A DNA stretch of 64,000 nucleotides, from contig OU015570.1 of the NCBI GenBank assembly GCA_907165135.1, positions 1,550,001-1,614,000 on the forward strand, read 5' to 3'. The position numbers were made by a program, and so were the translations under genes. This stretch comes from Oikopleura dioica. Lineage: Eukaryota; Animalia; Chordata. The notes under the pieces are model-generated. The model did no database searches and had not been told where the DNA came from. It was given only the letters and a program-made list of their open reading frames with translations. Positions 23,579 through 36,182 of this stretch are shown piece by piece; position 1 is the stretch's first letter; each line of letters begins with the position of its first letter.

Positions 23579-25936
23579 AGGTCAGAAATGGTCACCAGCG
23601 TTATTCAACACTACTAGTAGGGACTTTTCGGCCTTACACTACACGACTCGACAGTCAATTTTAGTGTCGAGTTGTCGAATTGAGTCGAGCTCTTGTAACT
23701 TAGGCCAAAATTTTTCGAGATGAATAACAGTGCTGTAAGGATTTTCCGCATCCCTAAAGAGCGCGTGAAAGGTGCGGAAACGCATCTTAGCAATCGCGAT
23801 CTTAACTCCACTTTGGCGACAAATTTCGACAAGTTTTTCCCAAAAAATGATTTCCATTTCGGCACTTTGCCGAAAAGAATTTATTAAATAACGATTTTCA
23901 TTTCGGCATTTAGCCGAAAAGCTTTCCAAAAAAATGATTTCGTTATGCGTCCCGCAAAATCCAACTCTCTTTTAGTTTAGAGCCGGACTTTCGTCCCTTT
24001 ATTTGCACAGATACCGAAATACAGTGAGAAGAGTCTTCTAGCTGCGTCGGCATAGGCTGGACCAAGACGAACCTGAAGATGGTTTAGTAGGGGCGTCTCA
24101 GGCGTTACGGAAGTCAGCCAGATAATGGCCTTTCCGGAGGGCAAGCTTTCGGCTTCCCTCGACTCGTTCCGTTTGCCCGACGGGCACCGGAGCGCATACT
24201 CAACCGTAACGTTTCCTTTTCAGCACTGTGGCGAAATGTTTTCTTGAAAATAGGCTTCAAAATGGAAATGCTTTTCGGCAAAATGCCGAAAAGGAAATCC
24301 ATGCTACCCTCCCCACGGTTTTGGTCGTTATGGGCCTCGTTTCCATAGAACTCATTTCCGGGGTCAAGATTTTAAAATTTTGAAATTTTTTTTTCGAAAA
24401 TTGTTGAAGGGGGTCTTTAACAGAAATTTCAGAAATTTGTACCCGTCTCCGCAAATTTCGCAGTATTCTTATAAAGGGTATCTGACTCGGACAAAACAGA
24501 GAACTAGCAAAGGCCCGGGAATTCGAGGCTGAAGGGGGTCGAGTACAATTGATAAGAGTCCATGATTTCATTTTTCAATTTTGGTACAGATCATGGTTTG
24601 GTATGATTTTGAAATTTGTACCAAACCAGGATTCATACGAAACGAGCTGCTAGATAAGAAAGCTGCTTAAGATATGCGGCATATCATATGCCTGAAACAT
24701 ATTTCAAGAAAACTGAAGATTGTTTTTCCTTTCTGCGTCTTTCTTGAATTTGCAGAAAACACAACAAAAGTAAGTATGAGCAGAAAAATTTTTTTTTTGG
24801 CAAGATTCGGCGATATCCGTGAATTTCCCTTGCTTACGTGATCTGTACTCACGACTGTTAATTCGTCGTGCGTGCCCATAGTATACCGAAGAGACAAATT
24901 ATCCGCTTTCATAATGAGATATTGATGTCCTGATTTTTTAACGATTTTTTTTTGATTATCAAGACAGAATTCAACCGTATCCTGTTTTGTTAAAGTATTT
25001 CTCAATAAGATTCTTTTTATGCAAAGATGAAAAAAATTCCATTTCATTTTTAGAACGATTACTGTCTTTTAAACAGAATTCGAAATCAGAAAGGAGGTGG
25101 TGACTGAACTGCGAAGCGACTGCCAGCTTTTTAAAACTGGCGACTGCTACTGCAAACTGACCTACCTTTTTTAAATCTGAACTGCCACTGCCAAGTGACT
25201 GCCATAAGCTGCCGATTTCTTAACTATTTATAAACTTTTATAACGATTTCGCCAACTTTGGGGTCGAACTACTTTTTTTCGGGCTAAGCTATCGAGAGGG
25301 TAAGGGACGTTTCTTAAAGCTTATTTCTAAATTAGCAATCTCGAGTATAGAAATTATATTTGATAAGGAGATTACCTAGAAAAATCGCTCTAAAGACATT
25401 GATAGTCGCCAAAAACCCGGTTTTAGGCCATTTTCAAAATCGAACTTCTATTTTTTCCTCTTATATTATCCCCCTATTGTATTCTCGAAACTTTCCTTGA
25501 TCCCTTCTCTACAATCTCTTGTACACGCATCCGATTTTGTCAAGGATTTTAGAATTCTTCTTAACAAAAACTTTTTCGACTGATTTTTGCCATTTTTGTG
25601 AATTTTTATGCCCTCTAGCAGCTGTTAGTGGCTACAGATTTTATCATGACTAATTTTTTCTGATTCAGCTTCGCCTAAGCTTTCTTAAAAGCCCTTATTA
25701 ATATGATTTTGTCGACTTTTAAAAGTCAAAAATTTTGCGAATTGTTTTAAGTAAATTTTTCCATCAAAATAAGTCATTTTCAAATCTTTTTCACGGCTAG
25801 TCACGTGACGTACGCCCCTTGACATAATATATGGAAATGATCCTCAGACAATGATCATTTTAAAAATTTACCAAACAAAAGCTCCCGATGTAATTTTTCA
25901 AATCGGGAGGGGATCCCTAAAAGTCAAACTTAGATA

Positions 25937-28002
25937 CAGTTAATTATGGAATTTCTGGACATTTTTTGTCGCACTATTTTCTCAAAAATGTCCAGAAATT
26001 TGATACACGGCCCAAAAATTTTTGTCCCATGAAAATTGCTTAAAATTTTTCTTCTTTTTCCAGAAGTACGTTTCATTTCTAGACTTTTTCTGTACCTCTG
26101 CACTTTTCGAACGGGCTTCTATTGCGTTAAAAATAAAAATGCCGAAGCAAAAGAGAGTTTCCCGTAAACAAAAAATAGAGCTTATAAAACAAATGAAGAA
26201 GGGTGCTGGTTATCAGCTTATTGCCGGACAAGTGAAGGATATAACGGGTATTAAGCTGAGTCGTCAGTCATTCAGTCTTTGGAATAAAGAAGCAGATCGG
26301 TTTTTGACAGGAGAGAAGATGGGGAAGAAGTTTACAAGGAAGAAAGATCGATCAGAAGATGAAAAAAAGTTCTTAGAAGAGCTGAAAAAAATGATTGATG
26401 CGAAGACATCGACGATTTATTATACGACTTTTGAAGATATGTGTAATAATTTGAGAGATGATAAATTCAAAGATGTTGACGAATTCAAATTTCTGAGCCG
26501 ACCGAAAATACTTCGACTCATGAGAACGTTGAAAGGATCAGAATCAAAATCATCAACTGACCTTAAATTTGTGACTCCTGCCCAGATTGAAGCCGAAAAA
26601 GCTCGACTTCGAATGAAGTTAAAAGATATCAAGCCTGAAAACATCCTTAATTGTGATGAGACTCCATGTATGATGAAGTATTCGCCGAAGAAGAGACTTG
26701 TTTTCAGAGATGCACTGAATTATTCTTCTTCCGACTCTTCTCAATTAAAACAGCGGTTTACTTTTCTTCCTTATGTCAATTGTTATGGCGATATAGGAAT
26801 TAGTCCTGCAATCATAACGAAGTCAAAAGCGACGAGATGGAAGTCATCACCGAGAACACCAACCTCATCTCTTGTGGCGAACGAAAAATTTGATCGGAAT
26901 CTTCCAGAAACTCCTACTAATCGTAAATATTCCCTTGTGGAATCAAGATCATTTCCAAATTTTCAGGTATTATATGATAACGAAATATAATAATGATTAT
27001 TTCGGAGTAAACCAATTTTTGGAAGTCAATTTTTGGATAACCAATAAGATTGCTGTATTTTGCCTAGCGGCCAATCAAAAGCCTTTTCATAAAAATCTGT
27101 TCCAAAAATTGGTTCTACCCATTATTTCAGCATTATTTTCAAAAAAATGCTTGGATGAACAAACAAATATTTCAAGCTGAGATGAAACGATTGAGCGCTT
27201 TTTTGATGAAAAAATCGCCAAATGAGAAATTTTATCTTATTTGTGATAATTTAAGGTAAGTTTTACAAAGAAAAATACATATTTAATTGTTTTTCTAGTG
27301 CTCATAAAATCCAGGACAAGTTCAGCAATTTGGAGCTTGTCTTCTTGTTACCTAACACAACTCCACTCCTTCAACCGCTGGATAGTGTTCCTTTTGCTGC
27401 CCTAAAGATGAAGTATAGAAAATTTCAGCGAGAATACGAGCGTGATAATCCTGGTGGAAAAATATCGGAGGAGACGGCTGTTAACTCTTATGTTGAGTTA
27501 TGGAATGCGATTCGTCCTGGTTGCTTTATGAAAGCCTGGAAAAATTGTTCTCTTTTCTTCGGAGAAGAGAATAAAGAAGTCCAAGAAGAAGTGGTCGAAA
27601 AAGAAGTCCAAGAAGAAGTGGTCGAAAGAGAAGTCCAAGAAGAAATGGTCCAAGAAGGATTGATTGAAGAAGAAGCTGGAGAAGAAGACATAATAGAAGA
27701 GCAGCTCGAAAAAATGATTTTGGAGGAAGAACTTGATCGTCCTCTTCTCACTCCGCCTTCTCAAGAACAAAAAAAAAGTCCCGTGCCTTTAGTTCAACCT
27801 TCAATCTTATCTTTCTTTAAGAAAAAATAAGATTTTTGATCAGAATAAACTCAGTTTTAGAAAAAACAAAAAAAGAAAATTTTTAGTCCAGCAAAATGTC
27901 CAGAAATTTGATAAAAGAGGTTTTCAAAAGTGTTGCAAGATAACCCCTTAAAATTTGAAAAATGTCCAGAAATTTGATGTCCAGAAATTCCATAAAAAAC
28001 TG
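25937..28002 (+). mobile_element. pogo/Tigger-family DNA transposon, full length (2066 bp)
   Basis: TIRs cagttaattatggaatttctggaca / tgtccagaaattccataaaaaactg with TA on both sides (25935-36, 28003-04). Subterminal aaatgtccagaaatttgat repeats. Internal transposase. Confidence 0.92.
26139..27830 (+). CDS. pogo-type DD30D transposase, 3 exons (26139-26966, 27131-27255, 27299-27830), predicted 494 aa
   Basis: NILNCDET (D1), QKNAWMN, LICDNLSAH (D2) and QPLD (D3, 30 residues after D2). GT-AG introns 26967-27130 (phase 0) and 27256-27298 (phase 2) give one open frame. C-terminal PIP-box-like QPSILSFF. Confidence 0.88.
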
Positions 28003-28252
28003 TAATACTGTCTTAACGACAACTTGATCATATAAAAGAAATGTTATAGCCTATAGCCTATATATATATAGCCTATATAGGCTATAGGAAGTTGGAAAAC
28101 AGATAGAACACAAAAACGCAGCTACCTTTAGAGATGCAAAATTATATGATATCACTTATATGATATAAGTTATATCTGACGGTAAAGAGTCATGGGCCAT
28201 AAATAATATATATATATATGTAAGGTTTGAGACTATGGGCGAAAAAGGATTA

Positions 28253-28323
28253 GATGAAGTCTGGGATCGAACCAGAGATTTCCGCCCCGCGGTTGGGATG
28301 TGTTACCACTACACTACTTCACC
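28253..28323 (-). ncRNA. tRNA-like cloverleaf inside the TRIM 3' LTR (non-canonical anticodon arm)
   Basis: Acceptor GGTGAAG/CTTCATC, D stem GTGT/ACAC with loop AGTGGTA, T stem TCTGG/CCAGA with loop TTCGATC. A and B boxes present, TTTTT 6 nt downstream. The anticodon arm pairs poorly. Confidence 0.75.
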
Positions 28324-28864
28324 GTGATCACAATCGGCCATTTGGGCGAGATATTCCGAGCGAGCGACTGACAAGATCGCTCCTCACATCCCCCAAAGAT
28401 TTCGACATACAGATTAGGTTCACGGTTATTTCGCAACTTATATCATAATCTCGGGCCCTTAAAGCCCAGGTGACTCTGGACGCTCGTATCTTATACTGCC
28501 TTAGACGACATTCAGCTCTATGAACCTTGAGTTGGAATAGGCCATTAAAGGCATTACGGAGACTTCGTTCTTTCGAACTATAACGAGTGACATGCCAGCA
28601 CTCGTAGTTCCCACCATTCTCATACCAGTTGGGAAGCACCACATTTCGTGGCTCTATTACAGAGGTGGAACAGGCCACTTAAGGCATTACAGTGGCTCCG
28701 TTCTATCGAACTCAAGCGAGTACCGCTCTTACTCGCAGTCACTCACCACCTTCAAACCATCTGGTGGCTCTGGCTGAGCGCTAGGCCTTATGTTAGGTTA
28801 ACGATGCGTTGACCTCTGTCATCTCCAATTTGTAAGGTTTGAGACTATGGGCGAAAAAGGATTA

Positions 28865-28932
28865 GATGAAGTCTGGGATCGAACCAGAGATTTCCGCCCC
28901 GCGGTTGGGATGTGTTACCACACTACTTCACC
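28865..28932 (-). ncRNA. Second tRNA-like copy in the TRIM 5' LTR (3-nt deletion in the D arm)
   Basis: Same sequence as 28253-28323, lacking 3 nt in the D arm. Confidence 0.65.
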
Positions 28933-30706
28933 GTGATCACAATCGGCCATTTGGGCGAGATATTCCGAGCGAGCGACTGACAAGATCGCTCCTCACATAT
29001 ATATATATATATATAATATATATAATAATATTAATAATAATATTTTATATAATATATATAAAATTTCTATATATAAGAATAATTTTAGAGGGTCTTTTCT
29101 AAACAAAAAGTCTCATCTTATGATAGCGCTCCTATCCTTCAAATATTACGGACGACAATCAATGGGATCGTGGTCAGTTTTTTTATGCGGTAGCCCTAAA
29201 TATATAGGGGGTCATCCTTTAAACTCAAAAACGAAGGAGCGAGGGAAGGGGGGGAATCAACCATTCGGGCCGTCGAGCTCAATTAAAATTCAAGGCGAGG
29301 AAAGGGAATTATAACTTAAAAATTTTGTACGGGCGCGGGGGCCAAATAAGAAATTTCTTGCGGTCGCGGGCGGGCGCGGGGGCCAGATCCGTAATTTTTT
29401 GCGGGCACGGGGGGCGCGGGCGTTTTTTCCAACACTGATTGAAACCACCGGTAGCGCAACTCAAAGCTCGTTCATGACTCGAACGAGGCAATCTCCTTTT
29501 GGGGCTAGAATAAATCTGCGTTGAGATTTTAAAAGAATAGAGTTTAATCTTCCGTCATAAAGATTTGAAAAATCGGGGGTATCCCATTGCGATGGGAGGC
29601 GCTCCGGTGCACGAGAAACGCGTCCTCGAAAGGGACGCCAAGAGCGCAGTCAGCCCGCACTCTCCCCGACAGCCAGACAGCCCGCATAACCGAGCCAGTT
29701 ATACCCATAAAATTCGATTTTTTGAAATTTGAATATGTTTAATGAGAAAGAGAGACTCCTTCACTTGGTGGTGCGAGAGAGCAGAAACTTTCTGCCAGAA
29801 AGACTACTAGATATTGCTTAAATATCTGCTGAAAGTTTTACAATTTGAAAATAATTTTCTTCTTTTTCCATCATCATGAACATCATGAACAAGCAAATGA
29901 AGCCAAGAATATGAAAATACAGAAATTTTGGGACTTTATACGGCCAACAAAAAGAAGATACAACTTGATATAACTGATAAAATCGCCAGGTACTCATCTT
30001 AGTGAATTTTGGTCAGCTCAAATTGACTTATTTCGAGTCTTAAGCTTTCAAGATGAAAGTAATCGAGCATAATCTTTCGCTTTCCATCGAGTTTTGCCTT
30101 GGTCTAATAGGGACATTTCACGAGAAAATGAAAATAAGTAGCCAAAAATACAAAGAAAGGTACACTTCAAAATAAAATGTGAAAATAACATTGAGAAAAT
30201 AAGGTACAAGAGAACAGATAACAATCGGAGAGCAAGAATCCCAAGAAATAGAAAAATTTTAGCGTTATCAAACTAAGTTGTAGAATCACCCAACTAAAGG
30301 CTTTTTTTCGAATAAGCTGTCATCCAAAAAATTAGGGTTTCACTGTATTTCTTTTTATCGAAAAAGCGGTTATTTTTCAGGACAAGATTTTCGACATAAG
30401 ATGATTCAATGGAACCTAACTTATTTGCTCATTACTTAAAAACACTTCTGAATTTTTTCTTAATGTATAGAATAATATGCTGCATTGTTTTTTTTCCTCG
30501 AGAAAAAGCCGACAAAAGAATAATGACAATCATACGGTCTTATGACTATAGCCTATAGTCTATAGGTCTGCTCGTTTCATAAAAAGAGCTCATAATCTCG
30601 CCAAAATCATTTGCACGTCTGACGCCCGCTCGCCTCACCACTGCTCTTCGGCGCCGCCTACATTTTTTGAAATGGCCTTCCGCGCCACTTTATGAGCTTA
30701 TTAAAC

Positions 30707-30852
30707 TGTGTGAGAGTCTTTATTTCGTGGATTGCTTCTGGTGGTTGCATGTCAGCATTTCTAGGAAGCATTCTTCCGTCTCGGAGCCGCGCGCCTACAC
30801 TGATAAGCAAGCAGCTCAACCTTTTTCTGTTCACTTCACACTCAGTCTTACA
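30707..30852 (-). mobile_element. Possible solo LTR
   Basis: The minus strand reads TGTAAG...aataaagactctcacACA. No clear TSD. Confidence 0.3.
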
Positions 30853-31150
30853 AATACATAGGGACTTTCACGGGAAAGCGATAACCATTCGATTTTCGCA
30901 AAAATTTCCTCATAAATATGGATTTTTTAGCGGTTCGACCTGAATTAATCAACTTATGCAACTTACGCAACATACGCAAAATACGCAGCGTTCTGCGTAT
31001 TTCAGGTTAAAGCGAAGAAATTCCAAAATAAGAATGCGATGAATAGATCAAGACCAAACGTAAACTTGCGCAATTATCTACCGGCCGTTGTAATTTAATT
31101 TCATTTTTTTACGAGTTTAACAATCAATATTATTTTCGAAGGATATTTTT

Positions 31151-31586
31151 GGGGGGTACTGAATAGCGCCGCCTTGCGCCGCCTTGCGCCGCCCTGCGCC
31201 GCCCGGTTCGGTACAAACCGGGTCTCGTCTGACCAAATCCTGACCAAACTAAATGATCAGAACAAGAGCGAAAGTTGGGCCTCGCTAACATAATGAGTTC
31301 TCTACCAGAAAATGCGCGCGTAAGGGCCTTTGGCCCGTCACGTGCTTAATAAATTGATGATTTGATGCGAAAATCTGGAAATAATTAAGACTCCCAATAA
31401 TTACACCCTAAATTATTAGTTTTCTTTTTTCTGGTGGTCAGATTATTCAAATATGCGAGAATAAACGTTTTGATAAGAAAACAGAAAAAAATCATCATTG
31501 AAACGCCGAAAATCTACGATAAGAAAAATTTTAAGCAGGACTGGGCGGCGCAAGGCGGCGCAAGGCGGCGCTATTAAGTGACTCCC
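31151..31586. mobile_element. MITE with (gcgccgcctt)n inverted arms
   Basis: gggggtactgaatagcgccgccttgcgccgcc at the left end is matched by ggcggcgcaaggcggcgctattaagtgactccc at the right end. Confidence 0.75.
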
Positions 31587-32036
31587 ATATTTTTATAACA
31601 ATCAAGATGAAGGATTTTTAAAGAATCCAAAAGGGATGATCAGGGTCAGTAGTAAGGGTTAAAATAATGGGAGATAGTTAGAATGATATTTTTATTTATA
31701 TTAAGATGGCGGTTATTGTCAAAAGATGCATTCGAATGGAGACGGCCGTCGTAATAGAAACCCAAAAGATGCTTAATAAACATAATATAAACAAGTCTTT
31801 CCGGTCGCAAAAAAGTATTTGTACCGAAAAACTTCAATAAAGAAAAAGATTGTTTATTTAAAATAAAATAAATGTATAACAGAAAATATCAAAATAAAGA
31901 ACTCAAAACTGGTCGCTGTTTCAGACAGGAAATCGTCTTAAAAATCGTCGTCTCAATATCTCACGTCTACAGGCGAAGCATATGTGTTGTAAAAACACAT
32001 ATTAAAAGTTTCGCCGTCGCTTGTCTGACAGCTGAC

Positions 32037-32620
32037 TTACGTGTGGATCGCTTGTGCGTTTTCAATTTGACGAATCTGTTCTTCACGTGCGTTTTTTTCT
32101 TCGACTGGAGCAGCTTCCATTTCCATCGTTTCTTCAGCGTAGGCGGTTTCGTCAGTTTCTCAGCTACCGCCTCGTCTTTAGCTACGATAGTTTCCTCAGC
32201 CTCAACGCCTTCCTCAACAGTCTCGTCGGCGACGGAATCAGCCGCTTCGACTTCGAGTTCAAATTCATCTGGATCTTCTTCTGCTTCTCGTCGAAGTAAC
32301 TATAAATTAATGAATCATAATTTCTGAAGGTATTTTACCATAGCCTCACGTTCAAGCAAGTTTTGCTCTCGTTGCTCGATTGCATCTTCTCTTAAAGCCA
32401 ATGCCACTGAAATATTAAATAAATTTCAAATTAATATACCATCATTTAACCTTCATTTCATTCAATCGTCTTCCTTTTTCCTGAAGTGTATACTTCATGA
32501 AGAGTAATTAATCCGCCCGTTGATTCTGAGCTTCATGCTTCTGATCGCTGCTTATTAATATGACAGATTGATCCTCAAATTAGTTTAAATAAGTATAATT
32601 TAATTCTGACTTACCTTCAT
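32037..32620 (-). pseudogene. Small multi-exon gene, coiled-coil then acidic, with at least one frameshift; unknown product
   Basis: Short GT-AG introns join RLNEMK|VALALREDAIEQREQNLLEREAM|LLRREAEEDPDEFELEVEAADS. An E-rich frame resumes after a 1-nt shift near 32160. Confidence 0.4.
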
Positions 32621-35600
32621 GGCCCAAAAAAATAGTGCGATGAGAAAAATGATAAAAATTTGATTATTAATATCAACTCTAGAAAATTTCGAAACTTAAA
32701 AACATCCCGCGCCGGTCGACATTTGACCCGGTAGTGATCAATTTTTCATCGAGTAAATAAGAGAATGCATGCTAGCGGTCGACTTGAATGCGTAATGGAT
32801 GCACTTGAACCTGCGCTTTCTGACCATGTCAATTGAAAATTGATCGGAGAAAAATTCGACAAGCTAGAGTCATTGTAAGCCTTATTTCCTCGAAAAATGA
32901 TTGTAATTTTAGCCTTTTCGTGAAAATTGAAAACTTTTTTGGAAAGAATCAAGTTCTTGTGATTTCCAACGAAGTACAAGAGATTCTCCCGGTACAGGTT
33001 TCGTAATTACGATTTCCGTCCGTTTTTTAGCCAAATTTCTTGTGGTCGAGTGGTTATTTTTACATTTGATCTCGAGAACACGGACCTTGTAGAGTAAAAC
33101 TAAACCAAAAACAAAATCCGATTCGAAAATAGAAAGCTCTCACAATCTGCGCAAAAGATGATCATTTTCTTCATCTTTCAACAAGCTCTAGCCAACCGAT
33201 TTTTAATGAACGACTCTGGAAAGGCAGCATTCCTTATAAAGTCCAAAATCGATAAAAACCTGCAGCTGTCTTTGGACATTCCCGCCTTCAACTGGACTCA
33301 TATCGATAATCGCTGCTTCAACAATCACTTAACTAAAGCTTATGCTCGCAATAGCACGCACCAGCTCTTCAATGAAATCGAAAATTGGATCAACGAAAAT
33401 TTTAAAGAACAAGAATCCCATCGTAATAAGATCGCCGATTTATCGATGACCGATTTCGTATCAACTTCTCATGGCCGTCACGCAAATCTCAAACTAAAGC
33501 CGCACTTAAAACTCTCAACAAGATATCAACAACAAACGCGAAAGAAACTGTTGACCTGGTCAACATTGTCAACATGGAAGTCGAAGCTGGCGATTTCGAT
33601 TGTCTAACAACCAGCTTCTGCATAAGTAGCAAAGTCCAAGCATATTTGGTCCTCAGAATGACTAGAAGACTAGAATTTCTTCATGACTCGTAAATCAAAC
33701 AAAATAGAAGCTTTTAGCTTGGACTGCGAGATTTCGGAAACGTGTGATTTTCACGATTTTCCTTGAACGAGAATAGAAATTAATTCCTTTGAAATTATAT
33801 TCATGAACTCGTCTAAACAGTTCTATTTTTTGTCAGCATTTGCGCGTGAACGTCCGGCTGCCAGTAACCTCATCTGTATTGAGCTTTTCAAGGCGTCTTT
33901 TACATAGCGCAGTTTATATTCTTAACCCGTTAACTGGGCATCCGATCTTATGCGTTAACGGGCGCGTGGCAGTCTAAACTTTATCAAAGTACACTACTGA
34001 GAGTGCAAAACTTACGTTGGATAGGATAGATAACCCCTTGTAGTTAGCAAGGCTTGAGGATCCATTCCATCAGGCAAATCATTCGAAGAGTTCGGTTTCA
34101 GATGATAAACCCGTTCCACATTGCAATCTCTGGTGATATCCTGCGTAAGGGCGAGACCAAGTGCTCGGATCCAGCCCATGTCATTGTAAATAACGGGAAG
34201 GCCTGAGTTTCGATAAAGAAGTTTCAACTGTGATTGGAGAAAATTGACGCATTGCATGTATCGTCGAGGGTTTTGACCTGGAGAAACGTCGCCCAGAAAT
34301 GTTCGAGCTACAAGCAGTTACTTAGGGAATGTCTTGGAGAGGAAATGTTACCTCTTGTTTTGTAATATGCTCGACCTAACGTACAGTAACTAGGGCCGAT
34401 TCGAGGCAGATGAACTTCAGACAGACTCATGAATCCGGGAACATCGAACTTGCTGGATCCAGATCAGATTGTATCTGATGATTTTACCAACCAAAAGAAA
34501 TTATCAACGCTGTTGATAAGGGCCTGTGGCCCTTGCGCGCAAAATCTGGTAGAGAACTCATTTTTGCAGGAGGCTGACTTTCTATACTTTTGCGCCTCCA
34601 TCTCTGAAAGATGTTGTTTTTCCAAACGAAAAAATGTTGCCCTTGTTGTCATTTTAAGGTTCTGAAGACTTGAACCCGTTTTTTCGACGACCCTGAATAT
34701 GTCACGAATGTTATGAATGTCACGAAAACATGTCTTTTCCTCGTGACATATTCAGGAATATTCTAGAGACTCATGGTGGTATCACTTTTTTATAAAAAAT
34801 GAAGTAATTTGAGGCTAAATTTTCTTTTTCGGAACAAGGGACGCTTCAGATGGACCAGAAGATATCTCCATTGTCATTTTCAGAATCATTTTTACGCCAT
34901 CCTCAAGAGAAGGTGACAGAATCTGATTCTCGTGACGGAAGAGCTGCATGAATGGAGGTGATACCAGCTGGTGGTAGGGAGTGATAATCCCGTAGTAGGC
35001 GAGCATCGAGATCGAAGCGACGAGCATCACGAGCAACGCTGCGGGGGCTTCTTCTCTAACTGCCACCAGAAGGGAGAGGAGACTCGTGGCGTACTCACTA
35101 GTAGCGCCAGAGTTCCTGGTGGCGTTCTCCACAGTCGACACGTGCTGGAGGAGAGAGCGGGCATTCTTGGAGACAACTCCAAAGCGGGATCCTTTATCCT
35201 TCGAAAGGTTAGAGATGATCTATTAAGCCCTCCTACTACGGGATTATCACTTCCTACCACCAGCTGGTATCATCTCCAACCCTTTCCTGATCAAACAGCT
35301 TCGGGACATTACGGCCGACGTGATGAAGGACGGCGTCATCGAATTGGAGGTAGCACGTCTTCATGTTGCTCACGACTTCCTCCAAGTAGGCGGCATTCAG
35401 CGATTCGAACGGTAGTATGATCTCAAAATTCGGCCAAATGCCGAATTTTCATATACTCATATTTTGAATGAATAATTCGGCCAGAGTGGCCGAATTTTTC
35501 GACCGAAATTGAAGGATTTTTTGGATGAAAAATTCGGCCCCCAAAAGTAAAGGCCGCGCCCCTATAAAGCCACTCGTTTATTAAGAGTCTCCATTTTATC

Positions 35601-35711
35601 AGTAGAAAAGTATCCAATCTAATGGTTCCTAACCTCGGGGCTCCGCCCCTTCGGTCCTAAGATGCCGGGGTCTAGTCTTTTGACTTTTATTGTGAGAAAG
35701 ACGACAATTTA

Positions 35712-36182
35712 CCCGTTAACTGGGCACTCAATATTAGGCGTTAACGGCCACGAGGCCCTGAGACGGCCTTGCACATTTTGGCGTTTTACGAGAAATCGTA
35801 ATGAGGAAATTCATTTCTAAGAAGACAAGATGATTCACAAGCGTCTGCTCTTTCTTTTATATGTTGTTTTTAAGTTTTTCTGATTCGTTTACTGGTTGAA
35901 AACGGAGGTCAAAGTTACGTCACTTTTGGCGCTGAAATTCAAAAAAAGGAAAACGGGAGCAAATTGAATTACGCTTTCCCTTTTTTTCGCTGACTGAAGT
36001 TTTTCTTTCGCCTCTCATTGTCCGAATTTCAGGCCAATTTTTTCCGGAATCGAACACACGGATAGAGAATCGATCAAAATTTTCAAAAATATAAAAATTT
36101 TTTATAAAAAATTGAGTCTACGCCTTTTTATCGCGCTCCAAAGGCGAAAAGGCCGTGAGAGGGCCTCGCGCCTATTAACGGG
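35712..36182. mobile_element. piggyBac-like MITE
   Basis: Ends cccgttaa.../...ttaacggg, with ttaa on the right and ttta on the left. A related 5' end ttaa-cccgttaactgggca starts at 33926. Confidence 0.65.

Larger units (their letters stand above)
28219..28997 (-). mobile_element. TRIM-like miniature LTR element (170/167-bp LTRs, 442-bp internal region) in a (TA)n tract
   Basis: LTRs 28219-28388 and 28831-28997 are TG...CA and identical except for a 3-nt indel. On the minus strand, ggggga (PPT) precedes the 3' LTR and TGGAGATG (PBS-like) follows the 5' LTR. Confidence 0.9.

Noticed and set aside
24667-25047. 126-aa minus-strand ORF
   Set aside because: No motif or context to support a call. 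It may be a gene fragment but cannot be assigned.
28328-28678. 116-aa ORF inside the TRIM, considered as a GIY-YIG/Penelope remnant
   Set aside because: No GIY-YIG or RT motif, it runs into the LTR, and TG...CA, PPT and PBS features fit an LTR element better.
33158-33607. 149-aa plus-strand ORF (and 32746-32979 on minus)
   Set aside because: Protein-like but with no identifiable family or element boundaries, so not reported as a feature.
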